Assembly (NCBI GenBank): GCA_945902955.1
Contig: CAMDNO010000002.1
Location: forward strand, 23,214-87,213
Source: Porphyromonas cangingivalis
Lineage (GTDB): Bacteria > Bacteroidota > Bacteroidia > Bacteroidales > Paludibacteraceae
Length of the DNA: 64,000 bases
Reading direction: 5' to 3'
Shown: in pieces, positions 30,899 through 40,957 of the stretch
Layout: every line of letters begins with the position of its first letter
Position numbering within the stretch: position 1 is the stretch's first letter
The notes under the pieces: generated by a model
The model's input: only the letters and a program-made list of their open reading frames with translations
Database searches by the model: none
Told to the model about the DNA's origin: nothing
Made by a program: the position numbers and the translations under genes

Positions 30899-31684
30899 GC
30901 GTTTGTTGTTCAAATTCTAACGTTTATATTTTTCTTGCAACTACGCCTAACGTATCGCTATCCAATTTTTTATTCGGCGAATCAAATTTCTATTTCTCTT
31001 ATTTCCGCTTTATCAATCCTTTTATTGCTCCAGCAGCTATGAATCAATATGCGAAGTTCAATTTTTTTCGCCCCGCAAATATAAACATTATTTTTAGCTA
31101 TTTAGTCAGTTGTCTTTGCAATTTGCTTTAATTTATGTCTAAAATTTGACTGTAATAGCAAAATTGGCAGCAGCTATATTATTGGGTGTTACCCCCATTT
31201 CCCCGAAGCCTCTATTTATTCCTGCATAGTTGCCGGAATATTTTATGCTGCCTTGGCTTAAAGAGTTTCTTGTTGAAACTTTGCTTTTTGCACTTCGCGT
31301 TGTTCACTTATCCGTTCTTTTGGTTTAATGTTAGAAATGTAAATAATGTATTTAATTACCCCTGAATTTGCATATTTATAAAATTCTATTGCATATTATT
31401 GCAATTTAATATTGGCTTATCTTGTACTTATCTTGTACTTATCCTATATGCTTTGTATACCTATCTCGTTAGAGTATATTTATACGATTTTTTGTGTGTA
31501 TAAAAACAAGGTTCTCACCTTAGCTATTTCAAATAAATCTTGTATTTTTTTAAAATAAGACTGTTGCACTATGTTATAGATAATGTATTTTACGAATGGG
31601 AGGATAGTAAAGGTGTTATTTACCGAAAACTTTTTATCTTTGCAAGAAGTCTCATTAAACAGAATCAAATTAAATAAACTGCTT

Positions 31685-31910
31685 ATCCCTTTCGGTCAAG
31701 CTATAAAATTTAAACCATCCCGATAGCTATCGGGAACACATTAGAATAGTAATTTGTTGATTAAGATGATACAGTTTTGTTAAATTTAAATACCTATCGG
31801 TATTTACCTATTGTTCTCTATATTATATATTTGCATATTAATTTTCTTTCTATTGTGCCCCCGATAGCTATCGGGATGGTTTAATTGATTTTTACCTTGG
31901 TAATAGGGAT
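31685..31910. repeat. fold-back (long imperfect inverted repeat) element with a CCCGATAGCTATCGGG palindrome in each arm
   Basis: Left arm TTAAACCATCCCGATAGCTATCGGGAACACATTAGAA; right arm (reverse complement) TTAAACCATCCCGATAGCTATCGGGGGCACAATAGAA; outer ATCCCT/AGGGAT. Confidence 0.85.
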
Positions 31911-31982
31911 TCAAAAGTTTTAAAACGAATATGTATATTACTTGATTAATGTGGATAAGTAATTTAAATAATAATCACAGAC

Positions 31983-33701
31983 ATGAAAAAGCTCAATTTC
32001 AAATCATTATTAGCTGATTTTATAGCCGTTGTACTTCGTTTTTATCTAGTATTAATTGCCGTTTTTGGACTTGCCATTATGTCGTTGCTCGAAATTAATG
32101 TAAAACGTTTCGAACAGGATTTTAATGTTTGGAGCTTTTTTATTTTGGCTACAATTACCTCATTTTCAACCACTTTATTTTTGGAAAATGCCAAAAATAA
32201 AATACTCGGAGTAGGGGCGACCCTCCTGACTTTGGCAACTATTGCACTCTACTCTTTTTTCTATTTCAACAATAAGGTGGAGTGGGAAATAATGCAATTT
32301 GCAGCGCTTCTGTTTGCAGCAGTGCTGTCGATTACATTTGTACTTTATTTTCGTAAAAATACCGATACTTCGTTTTGGATTTTTACCGAAAAAACTGCTC
32401 GCGAAATTATCACAACTCTCATTTACGTGTCGGTTATTCAAGGTGGATTGAGTTTAGCTATTTATGCCGTAGATGTGCTTTTTAACGTAAAAGTTGAAAG
32501 CGAAGTGTATGGTAGTTTGGCGGTTGTGTGTTATTTAATGGTAGCTCCCGTTTATTTTCTAATGAATGTGCCACCAAAAAGTCAATTATACGTAGAAACG
32601 CCCGACTATGCTAAATTTCTTAAAATTCTTGGTTTAAATGTTTTGCTGCCTATTCTGGGATTGTATTTAGTGATACTTTATTTTTACTTGGTGAAAATTA
32701 TCGCAATTTGGGAGTTGCCAAACGGATGGGTAACAACCTTGGTCTCTATTTTAGCATTGGGTGGTTATTTAGCAAAATTTCTACTTTTTCCAATATCGGA
32801 AAATAGTGTAGTGCGCTTTCTTAATAGGTATTTTTCGGTTTTGCTGTTGCCCTTAATTGTATTAATGTCGGTAGGTTTGGCGCGTCGTATCGACGATTAT
32901 GGCATTTCTATTAACCGATTGTATGTGTTGGTTTTTAATATTTGGCTTTATGCGGTAAGCATTTACCTCTTTTTTACCCATTCCAAGCATTTACGATGGT
33001 TGGTTATTTCGTTTGCAACAGTTTTGTTGATAGTATCTGTAGGTCCCTGGAGTGTTTTTGCCACCACAAAGCGTGTTGTTGAGAAAGATTTAACTACATT
33101 ATTAATTTATAATAAGTTGTTTGTAAATAATCAGTTAGTCGAAAATAAATCGGACAAAATAGCAATCAAGGATAGTATTAAAGCCGAAATTTCGGACAAA
33201 GTATATTATTACATTACTAATTTTGGGCTCGAAAGCTGGAAACTAAGCTTTAATGATAAGCGTAAACTGGATGGCGCATTTCAGATTACAGAATCTTTAG
33301 GCGTACATAATTACACGCTTAACGAAAAAATGAAATCGTTTTACACTTCATATAGCTCTAAAGAAGTATATGACATTAAAGAGTATAATTACCTGATAAC
33401 TAATCTTGAATTAAATGAAGATAGTAATTTGGTGTTTTTGGATAAAAACTATAAAATAGAATTTATCCAAAATAAGATAGAAATTACCGACATATTGAAA
33501 GAAAGCAAATTTTCATTTCCACTTCAGAAAATTGTATCGGAGCTTTTTGTTTTGGATAATGAAAATGATACGCTGAAAAACAAACTTTTAGTACAAAAAT
33601 CCAATACCTATATGTTGTTAATAAGTAATTTGTCGGTAGAATACAAGTCAACGACCGATTTTAAAATTAACCAAATGAATTTTACATTGTATGTGAAGTA
33701 G
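31983..33701 (+). CDS. DUF4153-like polytopic membrane protein
   Basis: About 10 TM helices; ILYFYLVKII...WELPNG, RIDDYGISINRLY, GPWS. Confidence 0.8.
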   Translation: MKKLNFKSLLADFIAVVLRFYLVLIAVFGLAIMSLLEINVKRFEQDFNVWSFFILATITSFSTTLFLENAKNKILGVGATLLTLATIALYSFFYFNNKVEWEIMQFAALLFAAVLSITFVLYFRKNTDTSFWIFTEKTAREIITTLIYVSVIQGGLSLAIYAVDVLFNVKVESEVYGSLAVVCYLMVAPVYFLMNVPPKSQLYVETPDYAKFLKILGLNVLLPILGLYLVILYFYLVKIIAIWELPNGWVTTLVSILALGGYLAKFLLFPISENSVVRFLNRYFSVLLLPLIVLMSVGLARRIDDYGISINRLYVLVFNIWLYAVSIYLFFTHSKHLRWLVISFATVLLIVSVGPWSVFATTKRVVEKDLTTLLIYNKLFVNNQLVENKSDKIAIKDSIKAEISDKVYYYITNFGLESWKLSFNDKRKLDGAFQITESLGVHNYTLNEKMKSFYTSYSSKEVYDIKEYNYLITNLELNEDSNLVFLDKNYKIEFIQNKIEITDILKESKFSFPLQKIVSELFVLDNENDTLKNKLLVQKSNTYMLLISNLSVEYKSTTDFKINQMNFTLYVK

Positions 33702-33720
33702 TTTTTAGCACGATTTAGAT

Positions 33721-33759
33721 AAAAAAAAACTTCTACTATCTTTCGGACAGTAGAAGTTC
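33721..33759 (-). terminator. terminator after the RRM gene
   Basis: AACTTCTACT...AGTAGAAGTT stem with an A9 tract on the plus strand. Confidence 0.75.
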
Positions 33760-33783
33760 TCTTTATTTTCTGAAAAACTAAAT

Positions 33784-34029
33784 TTAGTTTTTAGGAAGTG
33801 CTTCTTTAACAACCATTGGACGGCCATCAAATTCAGCTCCGTTTAATTCAGCAATTACTTTTTTTGCAGCTTCGTCATCAGACATTTCTACAAATGCAAA
33901 ACCTTTAGATCTGCGTGTGTCGCGATCGATGATAAGTTTGCATGAAACTACTTGACCATATTCTGCAATTGCTTCTTTTAGGTCGTTTTCTCTAACATTG
34001 TAACTTAAGTTACCTACGTAAATGTTCAT
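33784..34029 (-). CDS. RRM-domain RNA-binding protein
   Basis: IYVGNL (RNP2), KGFAFVEM (RNP1). Confidence 0.96.
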   Translation of the reverse strand: MNIYVGNLSYNVRENDLKEAIAEYGQVVSCKLIIDRDTRRSKGFAFVEMSDDEAAKKVIAELNGAEFDGRPMVVKEALPKN

Positions 34030-34348
34030 AAAAATTTAATTTAAATTGTAAAAAAAGAGAAGTAAAGTGTCAAATGTCTTAATCAAAACGAACCGGAGGG
34101 TAAGTAATAAAAAATCTACAAAGGAGGTACTACATTTTCTTTTCGGGGTCAAAGATATACAAATAAATTGAATAACACAATTTTGTGGAAATATTTTCAA
34201 AAAAGGGGTATATAATAATAAAGTTGATTTGATAATGATAATATTGATATAATAATTTGTATTTCGCCAAAAAGCATTACTTTTGAACTGAAATTACAAT
34301 TGAATAGCGATTTCCTTAAAATATTAAATTCAAATTATAAATTATAAT

Positions 34349-34849
34349 ATGATTCAAATTCACGACAAAGCAATTGCCCAAGCTGTAGAAAAAGGCATGG
34401 ATGAATTTCTTCAGGTTTTTATTGATGCATATTTACAGGCTGTTGATGGTAATTTGACACCCGAAAATATGAATAAATTAAACGGATTGCAACACACTTT
34501 ATTGGCATGGCACTTTTTTTCGACCGAAATGCGCGATGGGGGTTTTGTTCAGTTAATTCAGAACGGCTATGGTGGCTATATTTTTGCTAATCCCTTTGCT
34601 AAAGCAATGAAACAATTTGGCGCTGTGGAACTTGGAAAACTCGTTTACAAAGCAAAAGAAATTTACGATGCCAACAAAAAAGAGCTCGAACGCGAAACTA
34701 CCGAAGAGGAATTTAACGCCATGTATGTCGATTTTGAAGTGTTCGACGACCTCGAGGAGCTGTATTTCGAAATGGAAGAGCAGCAAACTGCCTTGATTGC
34801 AGCCTACGTTGACGAACACATTTCGAATTTTTGCGAAATAATTGATTAA
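34349..34849 (+). CDS. DMP19/DUF4375 family protein
   Basis: QHTLLAW...EMRDGGFVQLIQNGYG; strongly acidic C-terminus. Confidence 0.85.
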   Translation: MIQIHDKAIAQAVEKGMDEFLQVFIDAYLQAVDGNLTPENMNKLNGLQHTLLAWHFFSTEMRDGGFVQLIQNGYGGYIFANPFAKAMKQFGAVELGKLVYKAKEIYDANKKELERETTEEEFNAMYVDFEVFDDLEELYFEMEEQQTALIAAYVDEHISNFCEIID

Positions 34850-34904
34850 AATATTTTGAAAATTCAAAAAAAATAGAGATAAATAACTAAGAACCAGCTC
34901 TTAT

Positions 34905-34950
34905 TACCCTCCCGATAGCTATCGGGATAAACAGGGGGTTAGGGGGCAGA
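34905..34950. repeat. composite repeat: palindrome TCCCGATAGCTATCGGGA inside the GC-rich hairpin motif
   Basis: TACCCT-CCCGATAGCTATCGGG-ATAAAC-AGGGGGTTAGGGGGCAGA. Confidence 0.85.
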
Positions 34951-34968
34951 TAAATCAAATTTTATTTT

Positions 34969-35346
34969 ATGAAACGAATAATTAACACAACAAACGCCCC
35001 TGCAGCTATTGGACCTTATAGTCAGGCTGTGGAAGCCAACGGAACTCTCTACATCTCTGGTCAACTGCCCATTAACCCTAAAGTGGGTAAAATTGAAGCA
35101 ACAGATATTGCAACGCAAACAGAACAATCTTTTGCCAACATTGCAGCTATTCTGGCCGAAGCGGGTTATACATTTGCCGATGTGGTAAAATCTACCGTAT
35201 TTCTGTCGGATATTAGTAACTTTGCAGGTATGAATGAGGTATATAAAAAATACTATCAATCGGAATGTCCCGCTCGTTCGGCTTTTGCTGTACGGGATTT
35301 ACCACTTGGCGCTTTGGTCGAAATTGAAACTATTGCCGTAAAATAA
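34969..35346 (+). CDS. ridA: RidA/YjgF family enamine deaminase
   Basis: APAAIGPYSQA, SGQLP, PARSA, LVEIE. Confidence 0.95.
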   Translation: MKRIINTTNAPAAIGPYSQAVEANGTLYISGQLPINPKVGKIEATDIATQTEQSFANIAAILAEAGYTFADVVKSTVFLSDISNFAGMNEVYKKYYQSECPARSAFAVRDLPLGALVEIETIAVK

Positions 35347-35424
35347 ACATTTTCGATTTTTTTCTTGTGCAATAATACACAGTAAAAAGCGTTTAAATGT
35401 AGGTAAATACGGTAAAAAAAATTT

Positions 35425-36120
35425 ATGTCGAAAAGTAAAAAGATTCTCTTGTTGGTATTACTCGTTATAGCAGGCTTTAGCAAAATGAAAGCTCAAGGTG
35501 GTTATACCGGCGATGATAAATGGTTGCATTTTGGTTTCTCGTTAGGAATCAACACATTGGATTTTGGAATTACGCCAAGCCTTATGGATATTGGTGGAAA
35601 AGTGTATCAGGCAGATGTATCGAGTTTAAAACCTGGTTTTTCGGTGGGTATTATCAGCGATTTAATGCTTGCTCGCCACTGGAATTTGCGTTTTACGCCT
35701 ACCATGCACATTGGCGATAGAGAATTGAGTTACACCAAAGGCTTGCCAAATCCTGATGTTACCTCCTCTATTTTGGTAAGCGCACCTGTTTATTTAAAGT
35801 ATAGTGCTCAGCGATACGGCAATTTGCGTCCGTACCTTATTGGTGGCGGTGGTGCTTATATCGATTTGGGTAGAGATAATAATTTGGCCATTTTATTAAA
35901 ACCTTTCGATCCTTTTGTGGAAGTGGGTGTGGGCTGTGATATTTATTTTAGCTTTTTCAAATTAGCCCCTGAGCTCAAATTTGCACTTGGATTTAATAAT
36001 ATGCTAACGCCACTTGAAAATCGCGATACCGGCACGTTGAAGGAAGAAAATAAAGTATACACTCAGGCGCTTTCAAAATTAACGTCAAGGTTAATAACCC
36101 TGACGTTTAATTTCGAATAA
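35425..36120 (+). CDS. porT: T9SS outer-membrane protein PorT/SprT
   Basis: DDKWLHFGFSLGIN, PGFSVG, LRFTP, CDIYFSFFKLAPELKF, C-terminal FNFE. Confidence 0.85.
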   Translation: MSKSKKILLLVLLVIAGFSKMKAQGGYTGDDKWLHFGFSLGINTLDFGITPSLMDIGGKVYQADVSSLKPGFSVGIISDLMLARHWNLRFTPTMHIGDRELSYTKGLPNPDVTSSILVSAPVYLKYSAQRYGNLRPYLIGGGGAYIDLGRDNNLAILLKPFDPFVEVGVGCDIYFSFFKLAPELKFALGFNNMLTPLENRDTGTLKEENKVYTQALSKLTSRLITLTFNFE

Positions 36121-36133
36121 AAAACGGAATTTT

Positions 36134-36412
36134 TTAAATGCTTTCGATGTCTTTTATAATTTCAGCTATTTTTTGATTCCATGCTGTGTAAAGACTTCGA
36201 TAATAGGCTTTAACCAATGCTGCATTTCCATTGCCGGCAGGTTTATTAGCTCGCAAACAGAATTCGCGCGTAGTACCTACAATTTTCAGTACAGTAGTCT
36301 CTACGGCTTTTTCGTCTGCATTTTTGTTTAATAAGTATCGAAAATAAACATCTGTAATGAGCTCGGAGCTAACAAAATGAATGGTTTTCTTGAGTTTCTT
36401 GCGGCTGGCCAT
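36134..36412 (-). CDS. conserved Bacteroidales hypothetical protein
   Basis: MASRKKLKKTI start and VKAYYRSL motif; TAACTTTG promoter upstream. Confidence 0.75.
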   Translation of the reverse strand: MASRKKLKKTIHFVSSELITDVYFRYLLNKNADEKAVETTVLKIVGTTREFCLRANKPAGNGNAALVKAYYRSLYTAWNQKIAEIIKDIESI

Positions 36413-36475
36413 ATTAATTGTGTTTTTATGTGTGTTTTAAATTTTTACAAAGTTAATTTAATAATTCGGAAATAA

Positions 36476-37978
36476 ATGTTTTTATTTGGTAAAGTTGAAA
36501 CTTTTTTTATTGATTCAAAAATAGTAAAACAGTTACTGTCAGCAGTTTTTGTTGGTTTATTGCTTTTTAATTTCAGTTCTTGTCAGGACGAATTATTTAC
36601 AACCGACCCCGAAAATAAAATTGAATTTTCGACCGATACGCTTACCTTCGATACTATTTTTACATCGTTGGGTAGTACAACCGAAAAATTTTTAATTTAC
36701 AACAATAACAATCGCGCTTTGCGTATCAGTCGCATTAGTTTGGCAAAAGGAACAAGCTCTAAGTTCAGATTAAATGTAGATGGGGCAGTTTCGGCAACCA
36801 ATGTTTTTACCGATTTAGAAATCAGTGCGCGTGATAGTATGTATGTTTTTGTGGAAACAACCATTGATACTTCCGATGATAATAATCCGGTTCTGATTGA
36901 AGATTCGGTGCTATTCGAATTTAATGGAAACAAACAACAAGTGTTGCTCGAAGCATTTGGACAAAATATGTATTTGCTCAAAAATGAGGTATTAAAAACG
37001 AATACAACTTTTAAAAATGATAAGCCCTATCTTATTTATGGCGATTTGGTTGTGGATACCACCAAAACATTAACGCTTCCTGCCGGATGTCGATTGTATT
37101 TTCACAACAATTCGAACCTGGTAGTATATGGGAATTTAAAAACGGAAGGAACATTTAATCAGCCTGTTGAACTGCGTGGCGACCGGTTGGACAAAGTAAA
37201 GTTTCTCGACCCTGTACCATATAATTATGTAGCAGGGCAATGGGGAGGCGTTTATTTTTTATCGCCCAATGGCATACACAACATCAAAAACACCAATATT
37301 ACCAGCGCTTATGTTGGTATCTATTCCCCAAATACTGATAGGGATAATTTGCCTACTATTACAATTGAAAATTGTCGCATTCACAATTTTGTATATTATG
37401 GTATAGTAGCTCAAAATACCAATTTGACTGTTGAGAATAGTGAGATTTCAAATACAGGGAGTTATACTGTATATCTGAGTGGCGGAAAGCATGAATTTTT
37501 TCAATCGACCATTGCTAATTATTATGCAAACAACAGCTTCGAACCAAGTACGCGCGATAAATATCCAGCAGTGCTGATAATGGGGCTGCAACGAACAGCT
37601 CCTATGCAAACGGAATTTACAAATTGCATTGTTTCGGGAACTATCGAAAACGAGTTTGCTATTGCAAGCCGCTTTATAAAGGATTACAAAGGTGAATTTA
37701 AAAATTCGTATATCAAACGTACTATAAAATACGATCAAGCTCAGTTTCAGAATATTCGATGGTATCAGTATGGAGATACAATTTTTAAACAAGCCCGTTT
37801 TGATTACGAAAAGAAAAAATACTTTGATTTTACGCCCGATTCTATTTCGCCGGCTCGTCAAATTGCCGACCCTTCTATTGCTTCGCAATACCCGCTCGAC
37901 TTAAATGGGAAAAGCCGCTTTAGCGATGGTTTGCCCGATGCTGGATGTTACGAATGGCGACCCTATAATCAATACTAA
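36476..37978 (+). CDS. lipoprotein with Ig-like and right-handed beta-helix regions
   Basis: Lipobox FSSC, FSTDTLTFDTIFT, GQWGG, C-terminal PDAGCYE; start codon uncertain. Confidence 0.75.
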   Translation: MFLFGKVETFFIDSKIVKQLLSAVFVGLLLFNFSSCQDELFTTDPENKIEFSTDTLTFDTIFTSLGSTTEKFLIYNNNNRALRISRISLAKGTSSKFRLNVDGAVSATNVFTDLEISARDSMYVFVETTIDTSDDNNPVLIEDSVLFEFNGNKQQVLLEAFGQNMYLLKNEVLKTNTTFKNDKPYLIYGDLVVDTTKTLTLPAGCRLYFHNNSNLVVYGNLKTEGTFNQPVELRGDRLDKVKFLDPVPYNYVAGQWGGVYFLSPNGIHNIKNTNITSAYVGIYSPNTDRDNLPTITIENCRIHNFVYYGIVAQNTNLTVENSEISNTGSYTVYLSGGKHEFFQSTIANYYANNSFEPSTRDKYPAVLIMGLQRTAPMQTEFTNCIVSGTIENEFAIASRFIKDYKGEFKNSYIKRTIKYDQAQFQNIRWYQYGDTIFKQARFDYEKKKYFDFTPDSISPARQIADPSIASQYPLDLNGKSRFSDGLPDAGCYEWRPYNQY

Positions 37979-38174
37979 CTATACCTCAAAAGTTTTAATA
38001 TTCAATTTTTTAAGCATCAAATACAAATTGATTTATTTATTAAACAACTGTATTTAAGCCGCTTATATACATTTTTGATTTAAACAGCAAACTGTATATT
38101 TATTTTTATGCGTTTTTTCGAAATAAAATACTTATTTTTATGCCTCGTATCTAATCATTTTTATATTAAAAAAT

Positions 38175-38789
38175 ATGTTGATAATTGGCATTGCGGGAGG
38201 AACAGGTTCGGGAAAATCGACTGTTGTACGCAAAATTCTCGAACGCCTTCCCGAAGGTGAAGTAGCTATTCTTCCACAAGATTCGTATTACCGCGATAGT
38301 AGTCATCTGCCGCTCGAAGAGCGATTAGAAATTAACTTTGACCATCCGGATTCTATCGAATTTGAGTTACTTACCAAACACCTTAAAGAGCTTCGTAAAG
38401 GTAAAACCATCGAACAACCCATTTATTCATATCTAACTTGCACACGAGCCAGCGAAACTATTCCTGTAAAACCCTGCCATGTGATTATCGTAGAAGGAAT
38501 TTTGGTGCTCACCAATGCTGAATTGCGTAAAATGATGGACTTAAAAGTATTTGTAGATGCCGACCCCGACGATAGGTTGATTCGGGTTATTAATCGCGAT
38601 ATTATAGAGCGCGGACGCTCGGTGAACAAAGTAATGGAGCGCTACGAACAAACCGTTAAGCCCATGCACGTGCAATTTATCGAACCCACAAAGCGCTTTG
38701 CCGACATCATTATCCCACAAGGAGGTAATAATCATATAGCTATCGAAATTCTCACTAATTATATCGAAAAAAATTTGAAAGAAAAATAA
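38175..38789 (+). CDS. udk: uridine kinase
   Basis: IGIAGGTGSGKST, QDSYY, NFDHP, IIVEGIL, ADIIIP. Confidence 0.96.
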   Translation: MLIIGIAGGTGSGKSTVVRKILERLPEGEVAILPQDSYYRDSSHLPLEERLEINFDHPDSIEFELLTKHLKELRKGKTIEQPIYSYLTCTRASETIPVKPCHVIIVEGILVLTNAELRKMMDLKVFVDADPDDRLIRVINRDIIERGRSVNKVMERYEQTVKPMHVQFIEPTKRFADIIIPQGGNNHIAIEILTNYIEKNLKEK

Positions 38790-38834
38790 ATTCTCTTTGC
38801 ATACTATATACTATAAACTGTAAACTAAATATTT

Positions 38835-39572
38835 ATGACTAATACGGAGCTACAAAAAATCATGTTTCTGGACATTGAAACTGTTCCCCAAACGGCTACA
38901 TTAAGTGATATGTCGGAAGATTTAGTGCATCTTTGGGAAGACAAATTCCACACAATACAAAAGCGAATGCCCGAAAAATACACCAACGAAACTACAGCTA
39001 CCGAAGCCTTTTCGAGCAGTGCAGGTATTTATGCCGAATTTGGTAAAATTGTATGCATCTCGGTTGGCTTTATCTATTTCAAAGGGCTCGAAATGTGTTT
39101 TCGTACCAAATCTTTTGCGGGTGATGATGAGAAGAAAATTTTAGAAGATTTTTCTACTTTAATTCAAAAATTTTGCACTTCGAAAGAACATACACTTTGT
39201 GGACATAATATTAAAGAGTTTGATATTCCTTATATTTGTCGACGTATGTTGATAAATGGAATAAAATTGCCAGCCATTTTAAATATCTCGGGTAAAAAGC
39301 CTTGGGAAATGGGTTTTATCGATACGCTGGAACTTTGGAAATTTGGTGATTATAAGAATTATACAGCTTTGAAATTGTTAACCGCCGTATTCGCAATACC
39401 AACTCCAAAAGATGATATCGATGGCAGTCAGGTGGCAAATGTTTACTACGAAGAAAAGAATGTAAAGCGAATAGCTATTTATTGTCAAAAGGATGTGGTG
39501 GCTACCGCTCAGGTATTTTTGCGTATGCAAGCTAATGAAGTAATAAAAGCCGAGAATATCGAATCGCTTTAA
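38835..39572 (+). CDS. PolB-like 3'-5' exonuclease (DEDD)
   Basis: FLDIETVP, GHNIKEFDIPY, YCQKDV. Confidence 0.9.
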   Translation: MTNTELQKIMFLDIETVPQTATLSDMSEDLVHLWEDKFHTIQKRMPEKYTNETTATEAFSSSAGIYAEFGKIVCISVGFIYFKGLEMCFRTKSFAGDDEKKILEDFSTLIQKFCTSKEHTLCGHNIKEFDIPYICRRMLINGIKLPAILNISGKKPWEMGFIDTLELWKFGDYKNYTALKLLTAVFAIPTPKDDIDGSQVANVYYEEKNVKRIAIYCQKDVVATAQVFLRMQANEVIKAENIESL

Positions 39573-39580
39573 ATCACACT

Positions 39581-40957
39581 ATGTACTTGAAAATTCACAA
39601 CATTTTTATTTTAATAGTAGTTTTCGTTATACATTTGTCGTGCACCGGCAAAAACGAAACTGACAATTCAGATCAGGGTGTGGATCTCGAAACCATTCTG
39701 AATGACGATACCCTGCGCATTGGAACAATTGCAGGACCTATTTCCTATTTTTATTATCGCGACGAAACAATGGGCTTCGATTACGAAATGGCTCAAAACT
39801 TAGCTGATAGCTTAAAACTGACGCTGAAAGTAGTGGAGGCACACAGCGAAATCGAACTCACCGAACTCCTCGCTAATAGAATTGTGGATATTGCTGCATA
39901 TAATTTTCAACAAACAAAAGCACTCAAAAAGCAATTTGATTTTGTATTACCGCTCGAAGATAGTTATCAGGTGTTGGTGCAACCACTTAATATCAAAACA
40001 TTTACAAACACTATTGATATAAAAGACATTACTATTACAGTGGCTTCGGGTTCGGCATTTGAACAACGAATAACGCAACTGAACCTCGAAACCGGAATGA
40101 ATTTTACAATTGAGCAAGCAGAAGATTCTCTTACACAAGAAGACTTAATTGAGCAAGTTGCCAATGGGAAAATTGCTTATACCGTGGCAGATGTTAAATT
40201 AGCCCGACTGTATAAAAGTTATTACAAGAAATTAGATGTGCGCCTTCCAATAAGTTTTGTGCAACGCAATGGTTGGCTGGTTCGTAAAGAATCGGCTTAT
40301 CTCCGAAAAGCAATTAACGACTGGACTAAAACCGCTGATAATGAATTGCTTGTTTCGAACTTGAATTATAAATATCTTCGTAATAGTTTGTTTTTTAAAC
40401 AGAAAAAAATAAAAATCCCAAAAGGATCCATTTCGCCCTACGACCACTTATTTAAAAAATATGCTCCCGAGATAAACTGGGATTGGCAGTTATTAGCTGC
40501 TGTGGCATTTCACGAGTCACGTTTCGATTCGAGTTCTGTGTCGTGGGCTGGCGCAGCTGGTATTATGCAGTTAATGCCCCGTACAGCGTCTAATTTTGGT
40601 TTAAATCGTAAGAATATTATGAATCCCGAAAAAAACATCGAAGCCGGAGTGCAATATATCAAGAGTTTGAATTTAACTTTTTCGAATGTTGAAAATAAAC
40701 AAGAGCGTATAAAATTTATACTTGCATCGTACAATTCGGGACCAGCCCACATACTCGATGCGCGGGCTTTGGCCGAAAAATATGGCAAAAATAAGAATGT
40801 TTGGTTTGGGCATGTGGAAACTTTTTTGTTGAAAAAATCCGAACCTGAATTTTACAACGATGAAGTGGTTAAATATGGGCGCTTCAGGGGACGCATTACA
40901 GCAGCTTATGTCGAAAAAACGTTAGCAACTTACGAAAAATACAAATCTCGAAAATGA
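39581..40957 (+). CDS. MltF-like lytic transglycosylase lipoprotein (SBP + SLT domains)
   Basis: Lipobox LSC, GFDYE, HESRF, GAAGIMQLMP, ASYNSG. Confidence 0.9.
   Translation: MYLKIHNIFILIVVFVIHLSCTGKNETDNSDQGVDLETILNDDTLRIGTIAGPISYFYYRDETMGFDYEMAQNLADSLKLTLKVVEAHSEIELTELLANRIVDIAAYNFQQTKALKKQFDFVLPLEDSYQVLVQPLNIKTFTNTIDIKDITITVASGSAFEQRITQLNLETGMNFTIEQAEDSLTQEDLIEQVANGKIAYTVADVKLARLYKSYYKKLDVRLPISFVQRNGWLVRKESAYLRKAINDWTKTADNELLVSNLNYKYLRNSLFFKQKKIKIPKGSISPYDHLFKKYAPEINWDWQLLAAVAFHESRFDSSSVSWAGAAGIMQLMPRTASNFGLNRKNIMNPEKNIEAGVQYIKSLNLTFSNVENKQERIKFILASYNSGPAHILDARALAEKYGKNKNVWFGHVETFLLKKSEPEFYNDEVVKYGRFRGRITAAYVEKTLATYEKYKSRK

Noticed and set aside
31257-31446. Short coding-like fragment (ISNIKPKERISEQREVQKAKFQQETL) and an 11-bp TTATCTTGTAC duplication
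   Set aside because: Too short to assign as a pseudogene or a regulatory repeat
18984-31980. tRNA-anchored genomic island or prophage
   Set aside because: No integrase, no duplicated tRNA 3' end seen, and housekeeping DUF59/thioesterase genes interrupt the region
34349-34849. DMP19 DNA-mimic as a sign of a mobile anti-defence locus
   Set aside because: Widespread chromosomal family in Bacteroidales; neighbours are core genes
38835-39572. Exonuclease as part of a defence or mutagenesis system
   Set aside because: Common stand-alone Bacteroidota gene in a housekeeping context
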